Shown piece after piece: positions 1-8,377 of a stretch of DNA of 64,000 nucleotides. The notes beneath the pieces are model-generated. The model ran no database searches. It was not told the origin of the DNA and was given only the letters and a program-made list of their open reading frames with translations. Source of the stretch: a virus; IMG/VR virus record IMGVR_UViG_3300032883_000188, positions 1-64,000 of that record; one strand, 5' to 3'. Within the stretch, counting starts at the first letter, position 1. Every line of letters starts with the position of its first letter. The position numbers and the translations under genes are program-made.

Positions 1-177
1 AGCTGGCTTCCAATAGAATTTGCAGAATCCATGCGACTATTAAAATTGCAGAATGATGATGGAACATGGAGCGATGGCTGGATGGTGCAGGAAATATACG
101 GGACACACACCAAGGAATTCGTACTGGAACATGAGAGAGACTTTGCAAGGCAAAGAAAGGCAAGCGACATATAAAGC

Positions 178-206
178 TTGACAAATACACGAAAGTGTGG
201 TATAAT
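178..206 (+). promoter_or_regulatory. sigma70-type early promoter
   Basis: TTGACA-17 bp-TATAAT with extended -10 TG. Confidence 0.85.
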
Positions 207-235
207 AAAAGTAACATTTTATCATAGGAGATATA

Positions 236-637
236 ATGAAATCAAACGTAACATATAGTAAAAGTAGTGGCATTACATCTAATGGCAATTGGATTTCTCT
301 TACCCCACTTCCAGTAACAACCAAGGATATAGATAAGCGTACACTTCTTCCAAAATCCGTTGATGTGCTGGATGACAGAAGCATCACCTTCAAGTGGGAA
401 GACGGGGATGTGATTACTGTTGTATGTGACCCGGAAGATACCTTCTCTCTTGACGTTGGCTATGATATTGCTCTTACTTATAAAATATTTGGTGGCAAGC
501 GTGAATTCAAAGACCGCTGGCTAAAGAAAATTGTCAAGATGGCTAAGTTCCATTATACTGACACTAATGTTAAAGCAGATAGGCTGTTGACTAAAGGAAG
601 ATTGGTCAAGAAGTTAAAAAAGGCTAAGGTAAAATAA
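236..637 (+). CDS. hypothetical phage protein
   Basis: 133-aa ORF with AGGAG RBS, just downstream of a promoter. Confidence 0.8.
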   Translation: MKSNVTYSKSSGITSNGNWISLTPLPVTTKDIDKRTLLPKSVDVLDDRSITFKWEDGDVITVVCDPEDTFSLDVGYDIALTYKIFGGKREFKDRWLKKIVKMAKFHYTDTNVKADRLLTKGRLVKKLKKAKVK

Positions 638-638
638 C

Positions 639-839
639 ATGTCTAAGTTGACGATTGAAGAAGTTGGAAAAGATGTAATCAAGCATACCCTCGGGCACTC
701 GATTGATATGCATATTACTGCCGGAGAGATAGAAGACCCTGAATTGTCTGCGCTCTGGTCTGATGCAGAAACAGCCATGAACGCTATTCAATTATTTTTA
801 GAAGAGAAATTGGGTGTAGATTTCTTTGATGTAATATAA
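639..839 (+). CDS. hypothetical protein
   Basis: ORF abutting the previous stop codon. Confidence 0.7.
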   Translation: MSKLTIEEVGKDVIKHTLGHSIDMHITAGEIEDPELSALWSDAETAMNAIQLFLEEKLGVDFFDVI

Positions 840-863
840 AATTATTTTAAATAGGAGACTGAG

Positions 864-1184
864 ATGGATAACTGGTTTAGATTTCCCAATGGTTTGGAAA
901 TTCGTGGTTCGCATGAAGCCATTGTTTATGCCGCAAGAAAATTGGGTTTTGGTGCTATGTTCGATGGCGAATATTATAATTCTAGCACCAAGGGGCTTAT
1001 CAGGATTGATGAAATGGATACAACCCACTTGCGCAATGCCATTCTAAAAATGCATAAGGATTGGGTCGATGGTCTGCGTGAAATAGTTGACCCGGAGAAG
1101 TTGATTTTTTGCTTGAAAAATGATTGCCAAGACCTTAGTTACAAGGCAATGGTAAGAGAATATAGCACTCGTGACCCTGAGTAA
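864..1184 (+). CDS. hypothetical protein
   Basis: AGGAG RBS, 106 aa. Confidence 0.75.
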   Translation: MDNWFRFPNGLEIRGSHEAIVYAARKLGFGAMFDGEYYNSSTKGLIRIDEMDTTHLRNAILKMHKDWVDGLREIVDPEKLIFCLKNDCQDLSYKAMVREYSTRDPE

Positions 1185-1203
1185 AGCAATTTTGCACAAC
1201 CCC

Positions 1204-1232
1204 TTGACAAACAAGGGGTTTTGTGCTATAAT
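1204..1232 (+). promoter_or_regulatory. sigma70-type promoter overlapping an inverted repeat
   Basis: TTGACA-17-TATAAT; CCCCTTG/CAAGGGG inverted repeat around the -35. Confidence 0.8.
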
Positions 1233-1277
1233 TAGAACAGATTAAACTTGTCGTTTTATGCGACTAAGGAGAAAACA

Positions 1278-1448
1278 ATGACACACGAAGAGAAAATTAA
1301 CAACATTGTTAGGATATTAAAAAGTTGGGAATCTCAGTTATCTGATGGATACGAGTGGTATTGTCCTCGCAGGGAGGCTGGAGTGGATGAAACTTTGAGA
1401 AAAATTGCAGTCGAGATTTATAACTCAACAGTAGATGATGCTGTATAA
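1278..1448 (+). CDS. hypothetical protein
   Basis: AAGGAG RBS precedes ATG 1278. Confidence 0.7.
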   Translation: MTHEEKINNIVRILKSWESQLSDGYEWYCPRREAGVDETLRKIAVEIYNSTVDDAV

Positions 1449-1475
1449 AATATGCGTTTTATTTGGAGATAGATT

Positions 1476-1652
1476 ATGGCGACAGAATATGACAGAATTG
1501 AGCATCTTGAGTATCAAGAGTTTCTTTTAGATAAAAAAATTATAAAGGTAGAGTATGATGCTTATTGGATTACTTTAACTCTTTATTTTGATGATGGGAC
1601 GTGTGCTGAAATTTGTCCCTCATATGCACAAGACATATCTATTCATTTATAA
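1476..1652 (+). CDS. small hypothetical protein (58 aa, below ORF-track cutoff)
   Basis: GGAG RBS; translated by hand MATEYDRIEH...SIHL. Confidence 0.65.
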   Translation: MATEYDRIEHLEYQEFLLDKKIIKVEYDAYWITLTLYFDDGTCAEICPSYAQDISIHL

Positions 1653-1661
1653 GAGGTTACA

Positions 1662-1868
1662 ATGAATGATAAACAAATAGTTAACGCGATTGCCTTCTTT
1701 ACAGCTACACCCGCTTTTGTTGGGGTAGCACTTGGGAGCATCCTGCTTATTGCTTGGGGGCTTGAATGGTGGAAAGTGTGGATAATTTCAACAATCTTTT
1801 TATTTTCCGGTGCTTGGGCACTGGCTTGTGGACAAACAAGGGATAAAGAACTTAAGGAGTTAAAATGA
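1662..1868 (+). CDS. small membrane protein
   Basis: Two hydrophobic segments, GAGG RBS. Confidence 0.7.
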   Translation: MNDKQIVNAIAFFTATPAFVGVALGSILLIAWGLEWWKVWIISTIFLFSGAWALACGQTRDKELKELK

Positions 1869-2017
1869 ATACTGTTGTAATCTCAATTTCTTTCGCACTT
1901 GCCGGAGCAAATCTAGCTTGTATGCTTAGTAAACAAGTTTCTTTTCCTGTTCGGGTTTTTAATGGAATTGCTTTTGGACTTTGTTTGGCACTTGGTATTA
2001 CTTCATTAATAAAATAA
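1865..2017 (+). CDS. small membrane protein (50 aa)
   Basis: AAGGAG RBS, ATGA overlap, two hydrophobic segments. Confidence 0.6.
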   Translation: MNTVVISISFALAGANLACMLSKQVSFPVRVFNGIAFGLCLALGITSLIK

Positions 2018-2046
2018 ATCTTTTATGCGAGGCTAATAGGTAAAAA

Positions 2047-2232
2047 ATGACCGAATTCTTAACAGTTTTTTGCGCCAAGATGTTTATATTCTGGTTCAAC
2101 CTGTTAGGCAGACTTGACCCGGACTTGGCGTTCGGTTTGCTTAATTCCATGAATGAGACTGTTGTGTGGATGAGAGAAAAAGATAAAATACAGGAAAACT
2201 ATTTGAATGCTGTGAAAGGAAAAGCAAAATGA
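2047..2232 (+). CDS. hypothetical protein
   Basis: ORF in tightly packed run. Confidence 0.6.
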   Translation: MTEFLTVFCAKMFIFWFNLLGRLDPDLAFGLLNSMNETVVWMREKDKIQENYLNAVKGKAK

Positions 2233-2447
2233 CATTTAGAGATGTGTTTGAAGTACTTAGAGAAATGCTTGGAACAATTATCTTCTTTCTAATTTACCCA
2301 TTCCTGCTCATTTACGATAATATTGCTGATGATATCCGTTTTAGAAAAGAGCAAAAGGAATGGCTGGCTAATTCCTTTCTGTTTGATGGATGTCGTTATA
2401 GCAAGGATACCTTTAAAGTAGTCGATGAAAAGATTGAATTCAAATAA
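2229..2447 (+). CDS. hypothetical membrane-anchored protein
   Basis: ATGA overlap, one hydrophobic segment. Confidence 0.65.
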   Translation: MTFRDVFEVLREMLGTIIFFLIYPFLLIYDNIADDIRFRKEQKEWLANSFLFDGCRYSKDTFKVVDEKIEFK

Positions 2448-2470
2448 AATACATAATTTAAGAGGTTAAT

Positions 2471-2749
2471 GTGAGAACAATTTGGAAATATCATCTCGAA
2501 GTAGAAGATAAGCAAACAATAGAAGTTCCATGGGGAGCAGTACCTATATCTCTCCAAACACAGTTTGAAATACCCTGCGTATGGGTAGATGTTCCGTATT
2601 CAGATACAGAGTTAAAAAGCAATATTACTTTCCTAACTTTTGGAACAGGTCACCCAATAGAAGGAAATATGGATTATTATACTTTTCTTGGCACATATCA
2701 ACTTACAGGCGGAAGCTTGATTTTTCATGTTTTTTATAACATAAGGTGA
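2471..2749 (+). CDS. hypothetical phage protein
   Basis: GAGG RBS; MRTIWKY...GTGHPI...LGTYQ...LIFHVF pattern typical of a small phage family. Confidence 0.75.
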   Translation: MRTIWKYHLEVEDKQTIEVPWGAVPISLQTQFEIPCVWVDVPYSDTELKSNITFLTFGTGHPIEGNMDYYTFLGTYQLTGGSLIFHVFYNIR

Positions 2750-2753
2750 GATA

Positions 2754-3038
2754 ATGAGTGAATACATGGTTGGTACGGCATATGCTCTTAAAGTAAACAT
2801 GCTTGGTAATCTGGCTGGCACGATTGGTTATGTATTTAACCAGTACGAAGATTATGATGATAAAACCAAGTTAGGAGTTCAAATAATATTTCCAAACGGG
2901 GAATATGATGGCTTCTCTGCAAAAGAACAGGAGAGATTTTTAGAGGTTGTTGGTTACAAATGGGAATACTGTACCTACCAGTTCACAAATGTTATACAGG
3001 TGGGTATCGATTTTGCCAAAGGATATTGGAAATGGTAG
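2754..3038 (+). CDS. hypothetical protein
   Basis: AAGGTG RBS, 94 aa. Confidence 0.7.
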   Translation: MSEYMVGTAYALKVNMLGNLAGTIGYVFNQYEDYDDKTKLGVQIIFPNGEYDGFSAKEQERFLEVVGYKWEYCTYQFTNVIQVGIDFAKGYWKW

Positions 3039-3196
3039 ATAACATCATTGCCACATATGCAATATGTCCTGATTGTGGCGAGCATACCCAACTCTGTGAT
3101 GAAGAAATGAGAGATGGTTATGTAAAGTGCTCCGGCTGTGAGCGCATACTTTTTCTTGGTGACCCGCTTGTGAAAATTTATGAGGAATTGGAGTAA
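3032..3196 (+). CDS. small Zn-ribbon protein
   Basis: CPDC...CSGC; internal ATG overlapping the previous stop region. Confidence 0.6.
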   Translation: MVDNIIATYAICPDCGEHTQLCDEEMRDGYVKCSGCERILFLGDPLVKIYEELE

Positions 3197-3202
3197 TAAG
3201 AA

Positions 3203-3586
3203 ATGGGAAATAAATATTATACCAATGTAAATTCTACGGCATCAAACTTATATGGTTTTGATAGCGCTACAACGGGAACGTATAGTTGGGAAAATACTAC
3301 CATAACTTATCCACAAAAACCATCCATTATATATCAAAACGATGATAGTGAATCGAAAGCTCTTAAAGAAAAGGTAAACCAGCTTGAGGCGTTATTCTTC
3401 CGCAAAGTGGTTTCCAAATGTCCTGCCTGTGGGCAGTGGGGCGCGGCACTGTGCGAGTGCAAGCACTGCGGACATCCTATTGACATGGGTGAAGCCCCCA
3501 AGGGCGTAGAAGCCCCGCCAGCACGACAGGATATTGCTGGACGAACATTTGTGGCAAATCCAATAACAGGAGTTAAATATGGCTGA
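3203..3586 (+). CDS. hypothetical Zn-ribbon protein
   Basis: CPAC...CKHC. Confidence 0.7.
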   Translation: MGNKYYTNVNSTASNLYGFDSATTGTYSWENTTITYPQKPSIIYQNDDSESKALKEKVNQLEALFFRKVVSKCPACGQWGAALCECKHCGHPIDMGEAPKGVEAPPARQDIAGRTFVANPITGVKYG

Positions 3587-3779
3587 GTTATCTGAACAAA
3601 CCAAGAAAATTCAAGAACGCATTGAAGAGATGAAGGGCGAAGAAGAACCTCGTATAAAGAGGGAATACTGCCCGATAATGAGTCGGCGCACAGGGGATGA
3701 TTATGTTGCATGTTTAAGAGACAAATGTGCAATGTGGAGTAATTATTATAGCATGTGCGGGCTTATACGTCCAGTTTAA
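3579..3779 (+). CDS. hypothetical Cys-rich protein
   Basis: AGGAG RBS; CP...C....CA.W......C. Confidence 0.7.
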   Translation: MAELSEQTKKIQERIEEMKGEEEPRIKREYCPIMSRRTGDDYVACLRDKCAMWSNYYSMCGLIRPV

Positions 3780-3791
3780 AAAGGTGATTTT

Positions 3792-3950
3792 ATGTTATAT
3801 TCCGTGATTGCCCTTATCAGTTTTTTTATATTTGGTTTTATATTTGGTTTTTTTCTTGCTTGTAAGGCAGTGAGCGAATTAGCCAAAGAAAACAGATGCT
3901 ATATAAAAGATAAGAAAGGCGTTTGGTATCCTAAAAATCCAACTCAATAA
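3792..3950 (+). CDS. small membrane protein (52 aa)
   Basis: ATG lies in the right arm of one boundary motif and TAA in the left arm of the next; N-terminal TM segment. Confidence 0.65.
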   Translation: MLYSVIALISFFIFGFIFGFFLACKAVSELAKENRCYIKDKKGVWYPKNPTQ

Positions 3951-3962
3951 AAGGGTAATTTT

Positions 3963-4181
3963 ATGACATATAAAGAATATAAAAAACCAAGAAAAACGGT
4001 AATAAACAAAAGAGATTCCAAGGCAGGAGAATATCATGTATATACCGTTACCTGTCCTTTTTGTAATACCAGAATGCAAGGGGATTTTCATGGAACACTA
4101 ATGTTCCAATGTTGGACTTGTAAAAACTCGATAGACCTTCGTGGAAAAGACGGTAAACCTGTTTATAAAAAAGAAGATTAA
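3963..4181 (+). CDS. Zn-ribbon protein
   Basis: CPFC...CWTC. Confidence 0.7.
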   Translation: MTYKEYKKPRKTVINKRDSKAGEYHVYTVTCPFCNTRMQGDFHGTLMFQCWTCKNSIDLRGKDGKPVYKKED

Positions 4182-4195
4182 AAGGAATATTTTAT

Positions 4196-4480
4196 ATGGA
4201 TGAAAAATTTACGATTCAATGTGATGGCAATAATATTATTATTAAATTACCAATTGACCTTTTGGTTTTTACCCAAGAACATAGAAATGAACCACCATAT
4301 ATCATAACCAATAAAGAAGAAATGGTTGAACATTTTAAAAAATATTTTCTTGAGTTCTATCAAACAAGAATGACTGACGAAGATGCATCTGATTTTGAGT
4401 ATGCAATTGATAGTTATTTTGATTTTGCATATGAAAACGGTGAAACTTGGATTGAAGAAGAAGAGATAAACGCTGAATAA
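4196..4480 (+). CDS. acidic hypothetical protein
   Basis: ORF bounded by motifs on both sides. Confidence 0.7.
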   Translation: MDEKFTIQCDGNNIIIKLPIDLLVFTQEHRNEPPYIITNKEEMVEHFKKYFLEFYQTRMTDEDASDFEYAIDSYFDFAYENGETWIEEEEINAE

Positions 4481-4494
4481 AAAGGATATTTTAT

Positions 4495-4707
4495 ATGGAT
4501 GAAAAATTTAAACGCGTAAATTTAGACAAAGTTCTTCGCGCAGATGCCGATGGTATGCCAGTATTCAGAAATTGCTTTGAACATGAAATACTCATGAATT
4601 TTTATGATGATGACGGCGCATATGAATTTGAAGATTGGTGGAATCTGGAAGGAAGCGCGTTATTTTATAAATATTTGGAAAATGCGAATCACTGGCTTGT
4701 TGGATAA
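4495..4707 (+). CDS. acidic hypothetical protein
   Basis: AAGGA RBS. Confidence 0.7.
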   Translation: MDEKFKRVNLDKVLRADADGMPVFRNCFEHEILMNFYDDDGAYEFEDWWNLEGSALFYKYLENANHWLVG

Positions 4708-4726
4708 AAAAACAAGGAGAAATAAA

Positions 4727-4951
4727 ATGGATTACGATTTAAATGTACGCTTTACATATCACAAACCTTTTGGAAATCAGCCTGCCCGATATGAAGAAAT
4801 TCGTGCAAGAGCATTAGATTTCGCTGATTATCTTATAAAGCATTGCCCCGATAGCAGGGAATTTTCTTTGGCTCTTACTAAATTAGAAGAGGTTGTCTTT
4901 TGGGCAAATGCGGAAATTGCTAGACACGAAGAAAATACAAGCGAGGAATAA
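4727..4951 (+). CDS. Acb2/Tad1-like helical-hairpin protein (predicted cyclic-nucleotide sponge)
   Basis: FTYH.P...Q..RY..IR...CPDSREFSLALTKLEEVVFWAN resembles the Tad1 C-terminal SRE..CALT..EEA.MW.N; start moved to the ATG after AAGGAG. Confidence 0.7.
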   Translation: MDYDLNVRFTYHKPFGNQPARYEEIRARALDFADYLIKHCPDSREFSLALTKLEEVVFWANAEIARHEENTSEE

Positions 4952-4962
4952 AAGGATGCTTT

Positions 4963-5196
4963 ATGGATGAAAAAGCACTAAGACAATTTGATTATCATCT
5001 TGCGGTTATCGGTTGGCATACGATGGCGATGAAGGCTCACACCAAGGAAATGCCAGAGAAAAGAATTTATATGCATTCTCTTCCTATAAACGTATTTTCA
5101 TCTAAGCTAATAAACCAATATACAAGTTCTTTGGAGAAAGAATTGAATGCTTTTCTCGATGGCAAGCCTTCTCCCTTTGAACCACAAAAGAAATAA
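4963..5196 (+). CDS. hypothetical protein
   Basis: AAGGA RBS. Confidence 0.65.
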   Translation: MDEKALRQFDYHLAVIGWHTMAMKAHTKEMPEKRIYMHSLPINVFSSKLINQYTSSLEKELNAFLDGKPSPFEPQKK

Positions 5197-5197
5197 G

Positions 5198-5359
5198 ATG
5201 AAGAATATGAAAAAAATAAAATGTCCTGATTGCAATAGAGGAAATTTAAGGGCAACACGTAGCATTGGAGGAGTGAAACTAATGTATTGCGGGGTATGCC
5301 ATCTTCTAAAATGGTTTCACCCTTTTGAACTAAAAGAATTAAAACAAATTGTTAAATAA
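5198..5359 (+). CDS. Zn-ribbon protein
   Basis: CPDC...CGVC. Confidence 0.6.
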   Translation: MKNMKKIKCPDCNRGNLRATRSIGGVKLMYCGVCHLLKWFHPFELKELKQIVK

Positions 5360-5371
5360 AAGAGGCATTTT

Positions 5372-5578
5372 ATGACAAATAAGGCAAAATATATTTTAGT
5401 AAACGGGGATTATGTAATGGGAATTGTCTATGAAAGTGATACATATGGAAGAACTCTTGTTTTGGAAAGACACTTAAATCCAAATTATCCATTACAAATT
5501 CATGAAATACATGGAAACCCGGTTATAGTAAAAGATGTTGATTTAATGGAATTTATTCATAGTCTACTTCCAAAATAA
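5372..5578 (+). CDS. hypothetical protein
   Basis: ORF exactly between two boundary motifs. Confidence 0.65.
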   Translation: MTNKAKYILVNGDYVMGIVYESDTYGRTLVLERHLNPNYPLQIHEIHGNPVIVKDVDLMEFIHSLLPK

Positions 5579-5601
5579 AATTCTTGTTTTACGAGGCACA
5601 A

Positions 5602-5919
5602 ATGACATACACTAAAAAGATGCATGATGCGGCAAGGCGTGAAACGATAGGAAAACATAATATTGTAACCGACTTGCTGGACGAAATTGAACGTTTACAA
5701 AACAAAAAACACGGGTATGTGCACCAAACCGATGACGGCGATTGGTATCTTGTGCCAGAAGATGAAACTGAATTATTTTTAACCTGTATTGATAGATTTC
5801 AAAGTGGTTGGAGCGCCGATGAGTTAAGAGATTGGCTTAACCTTTTTGATACAAAATTCAAAAAGTATCGTCTTTCTGGCGGTGTTGAATCTTTGAGCAT
5901 TCCAATGGAGCTAGAATGA
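5602..5919 (+). CDS. hypothetical protein
   Basis: GAGG RBS before ATG 5602. Confidence 0.65.
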   Translation: MTYTKKMHDAARRETIGKHNIVTDLLDEIERLQNKKHGYVHQTDDGDWYLVPEDETELFLTCIDRFQSGWSADELRDWLNLFDTKFKKYRLSGGVESLSIPMELE

Positions 5920-6158
5920 GTTGGGTCAGACCTGAAATGATTAAAGCATGGGAAGCGGAGTGGAAAGATATGCCCGAGTACATACAAGAAGACCTTGAAC
6001 CTGTAAAGGACATCATGGTGCACTTCGAAACAATTGAAGACATGGAAGCCTTTGCCGAGTTGGTGGGACAGGAAATCACGCTTAAGACAAAGGGTATATG
6101 GTATCCAGCCCACGAACGAAGAAGCAGAATAAACAAGGTATACATAGATGAATCCTAA
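5916..6158 (+). CDS. small protein coupled to the TAGT-like glycosyltransferase
   Basis: EWKDMPEYIQ...VHF...F..LVGQ.IT.KTK.IWYP; overlaps both neighbours. Confidence 0.7.
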   Translation: MSWVRPEMIKAWEAEWKDMPEYIQEDLEPVKDIMVHFETIEDMEAFAELVGQEITLKTKGIWYPAHERRSRINKVYIDES

Positions 6159-6978
6159 CTATCCCGTATATATTATATCCAAGGGCAGGTGGGAAAAGCG
6201 TCTCACTGCTAACTCCTTTGAGAAGATGGGTGTACCTTATCATATTGTGGTCGAGCCACAGGAATATGATAACTACGCGCAATACATTGACCCCGAAAAA
6301 ATATTTGTCCTGCCGTTCAGTAATTTGGGGCAAGGGTCAATACCAGCACGCAATTGGGTGTGGGAACATTCTATTGATACCGGGGCAAAGCGCCACTGGA
6401 TACTGGACGATAATATTGCAGGTTTCATCCGGCTTAATCGCAACGAAAGAATACCCGTTGCCTCCGGTACAATCTTCAAAGCCGCCGAGGATTTTGTTGA
6501 CAGATATACTAACATAGCCCTCGCTGGCTTCGGCTATCGCTTCATGGCAGGTGGACACAGGCGCAAGAAACCACCCTTCCGTCTTAATACCGGGGTATAT
6601 TCCTGCATCCTGATTAAAAATGATATTCCGTTCAGGTGGCGTGGACGCTACAATGAGGATTCAGATTTATCAATCAGAGTGTTAAAAGCTGGCTGGTGCA
6701 CATTGATATTCAATGCTTTCATGCAGAATAAAATGGCAACCATGTCTATGAAAGGCGGTAACACGGATGAGTTGTATGCGGGTGATGGACGCTTGAAGAT
6801 GGCACAATCCTTGCAAGAACAGCACCCGGATATTGTCACTGTACAGCGTAGGTTTAATCGCTGGCAACACGTAACTGATTATCGACCTTTTAAAAGAAAC
6901 ACGCTTATAAAAAAGGAAAACATATACATCCCTGACCGAGTAAATAATTACGGGATGATATTAGTTGACAAAAATTAA
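6148..6978 (+). CDS. GREB1-like / TET-associated (TAGT) GT-A glycosyltransferase
   Basis: YPVYIISKGR, IVVEPQE, ARNWVWEH, WILDDNI (DxD-like), YNEDSDL, KGGNTD. Confidence 0.75.
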   Translation: MNPNYPVYIISKGRWEKRLTANSFEKMGVPYHIVVEPQEYDNYAQYIDPEKIFVLPFSNLGQGSIPARNWVWEHSIDTGAKRHWILDDNIAGFIRLNRNERIPVASGTIFKAAEDFVDRYTNIALAGFGYRFMAGGHRRKKPPFRLNTGVYSCILIKNDIPFRWRGRYNEDSDLSIRVLKAGWCTLIFNAFMQNKMATMSMKGGNTDELYAGDGRLKMAQSLQEQHPDIVTVQRRFNRWQHVTDYRPFKRNTLIKKENIYIPDRVNNYGMILVDKN

Positions 6979-6993
6979 TTTTTGTGGTATAAT
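6965..6993 (+). promoter_or_regulatory. sigma70-type promoter
   Basis: TTGACA-17-TATAAT with TG. Confidence 0.85.
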
Positions 6994-7011
6994 AAAATAA
7001 GAGGAGAAAAA

Positions 7012-7170
7012 ATGTATTATATTGTTATAGGAGCACTTGCTACTTTCGGACTTGGCTGGTTGTTATGCGCGTTATATCCGCACACCGCCCTGTACGTCAT
7101 AGGTACTTGTTTGGCTCTCATCGTAGGCATGGCGGTATTCGCCAACAGAAAAAAGAAAGGGTCAAAATGA
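7012..7170 (+). CDS. small membrane protein
   Basis: GAGGAG RBS, two TM segments. Confidence 0.65.
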   Translation: MYYIVIGALATFGLGWLLCALYPHTALYVIGTCLALIVGMAVFANRKKKGSK

Positions 7171-7346
7171 TAGAAATGCAAAAAATTATAAAACCAAAAC
7201 CGGAAAATAAAGATACAGATGCAACAGTAAAAAAGATGTTGGACACATGGGATAAAATCAAATGCCATTATTGCGGCAAAGAAATCTCCATGTTTAACGC
7301 AAAACCAGTTGAAAACGGAAAATGGCTTGTTTGTAGGGAGCATTAA
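7167..7346 (+). CDS. small Zn-finger protein
   Basis: CHYC...C..H; ATGA overlap. Confidence 0.55.
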   Translation: MIEMQKIIKPKPENKDTDATVKKMLDTWDKIKCHYCGKEISMFNAKPVENGKWLVCREH

Positions 7347-7347
7347 A

Positions 7348-7608
7348 ATGGTACAATTCCACTTTCTTATGCTTGCGGCAGGTGAAGTTTTGAAGCACGA
7401 TAAATATGTCAACGCGCAGAAGGTGCAGGATTATATCCAGCAAGACGAATCTTTTGGAGTAAGACCACCTCTCGGTGAGTGCAGATTGGCACTAAGATTG
7501 CTGGAAGATTCTGGTTTTCTCATGCCAAGCGATACCAAGGAAGGGGATGAGCAAAAGTATGAACGCGCAACCCTGCTGATGGTATACGATAAGTGGAACA
7601 TCAAATGA
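7348..7608 (+). CDS. hypothetical protein (possible winged helix)
   Basis: GGGAG RBS; L..LEDSGFL pattern. Confidence 0.55.
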   Translation: MVQFHFLMLAAGEVLKHDKYVNAQKVQDYIQQDESFGVRPPLGECRLALRLLEDSGFLMPSDTKEGDEQKYERATLLMVYDKWNIK

Positions 7609-7841
7609 ATGAAGCCGAACAATATGTGCTAGGTTTGACTGATGAATTGGAAAGAATAAGGCAGAGGAAAGGCATAGGCTTATTCAAGGTGCACGAGAAA
7701 TTGACCAACAATATTGTTATCGAGATAGAGAGAACCTTTGGTACAAATCCTGCTTATTCTTTGGACATAAGAAAATGTCCACAGTGCACTCATGAATACG
7801 ATATAATTATAACAATAAGGTACACAAATGCCCAACTATGA
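7605..7841 (+). CDS. hypothetical protein
   Basis: ATGA overlap. Confidence 0.55.
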   Translation: MNEAEQYVLGLTDELERIRQRKGIGLFKVHEKLTNNIVIEIERTFGTNPAYSLDIRKCPQCTHEYDIIITIRYTNAQL

Positions 7842-8307
7842 TTTTAGTAAAGACCTGCCAGTTGCAATAAAAACAGAACAGGAAATAGCCGAAAGGCTGG
7901 AAAAAGTATATGGGTCTGTCATAATGCAGTTTGAAAAAACCAATAAATATGATTTATTGGTGCGTGCAAACGGTCTTGATTATGACCCAACCAAGATACT
8001 AAAAATAGAAATAAAAGAAGATTTCACCTGCGAGCGCACGGATAACGTTGGGCTTGAGTTCCAATGCAGGGGAAAACCATCCGGCATAAATGTAACCGAG
8101 GCAGATTATTATATCTACAAGTTGCATACCAAAACGGACGGAATCCAATATGTCATGCACTCCGTTCCCGCCCTTAGAAAAAAGATAGCTAACGGAGAAT
8201 ACTTTCGTATAGTTAGCGGCGGGGATGAAGGCTCTAACAGCATGAACTATTTGTTTAAGCGTAATATCTTTCTGAAAGACGGAAAAATACTGCCTCTTGA
8301 CAAATAG
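7828..8307 (+). CDS. PD-(D/E)XK-like nuclease-fold protein
   Basis: YDLL...IEIKED...TDNVGLEF...PSGINVTEADY. Confidence 0.6.
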   Translation: MPNYDFSKDLPVAIKTEQEIAERLEKVYGSVIMQFEKTNKYDLLVRANGLDYDPTKILKIEIKEDFTCERTDNVGLEFQCRGKPSGINVTEADYYIYKLHTKTDGIQYVMHSVPALRKKIANGEYFRIVSGGDEGSNSMNYLFKRNIFLKDGKILPLDK

Positions 8308-8325
8308 GGTAAAGTGTGGTATAAT
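8297..8325 (+). promoter_or_regulatory. sigma70-type promoter for the recombination/replication module
   Basis: TTGACA-17-TATAAT with TG. Confidence 0.85.
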
Positions 8326-8377
8326 AGTAGTAATATATTATTAGAAAAGGAGGTAGCTGGCAACTTAAGATAGATAT

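Larger units (their letters stand above)
206..5591. repeat. Dispersed palindromic TAAAA-N6-TTTTA gene-boundary motif, 11 copies in this span
   Basis: Copies start at 206, 1446, 2010, 2445 (1 mismatch), 3777, 3948, 4179, 4478, 4949 (1 nt short), 5357, 5576; all at gene junctions. Confidence 0.85.

Noticed and set aside
837-849. TAAAA-TTA-TTTTA as a boundary-motif copy
   Set aside because: The spacer is 3 nt rather than 6; not counted
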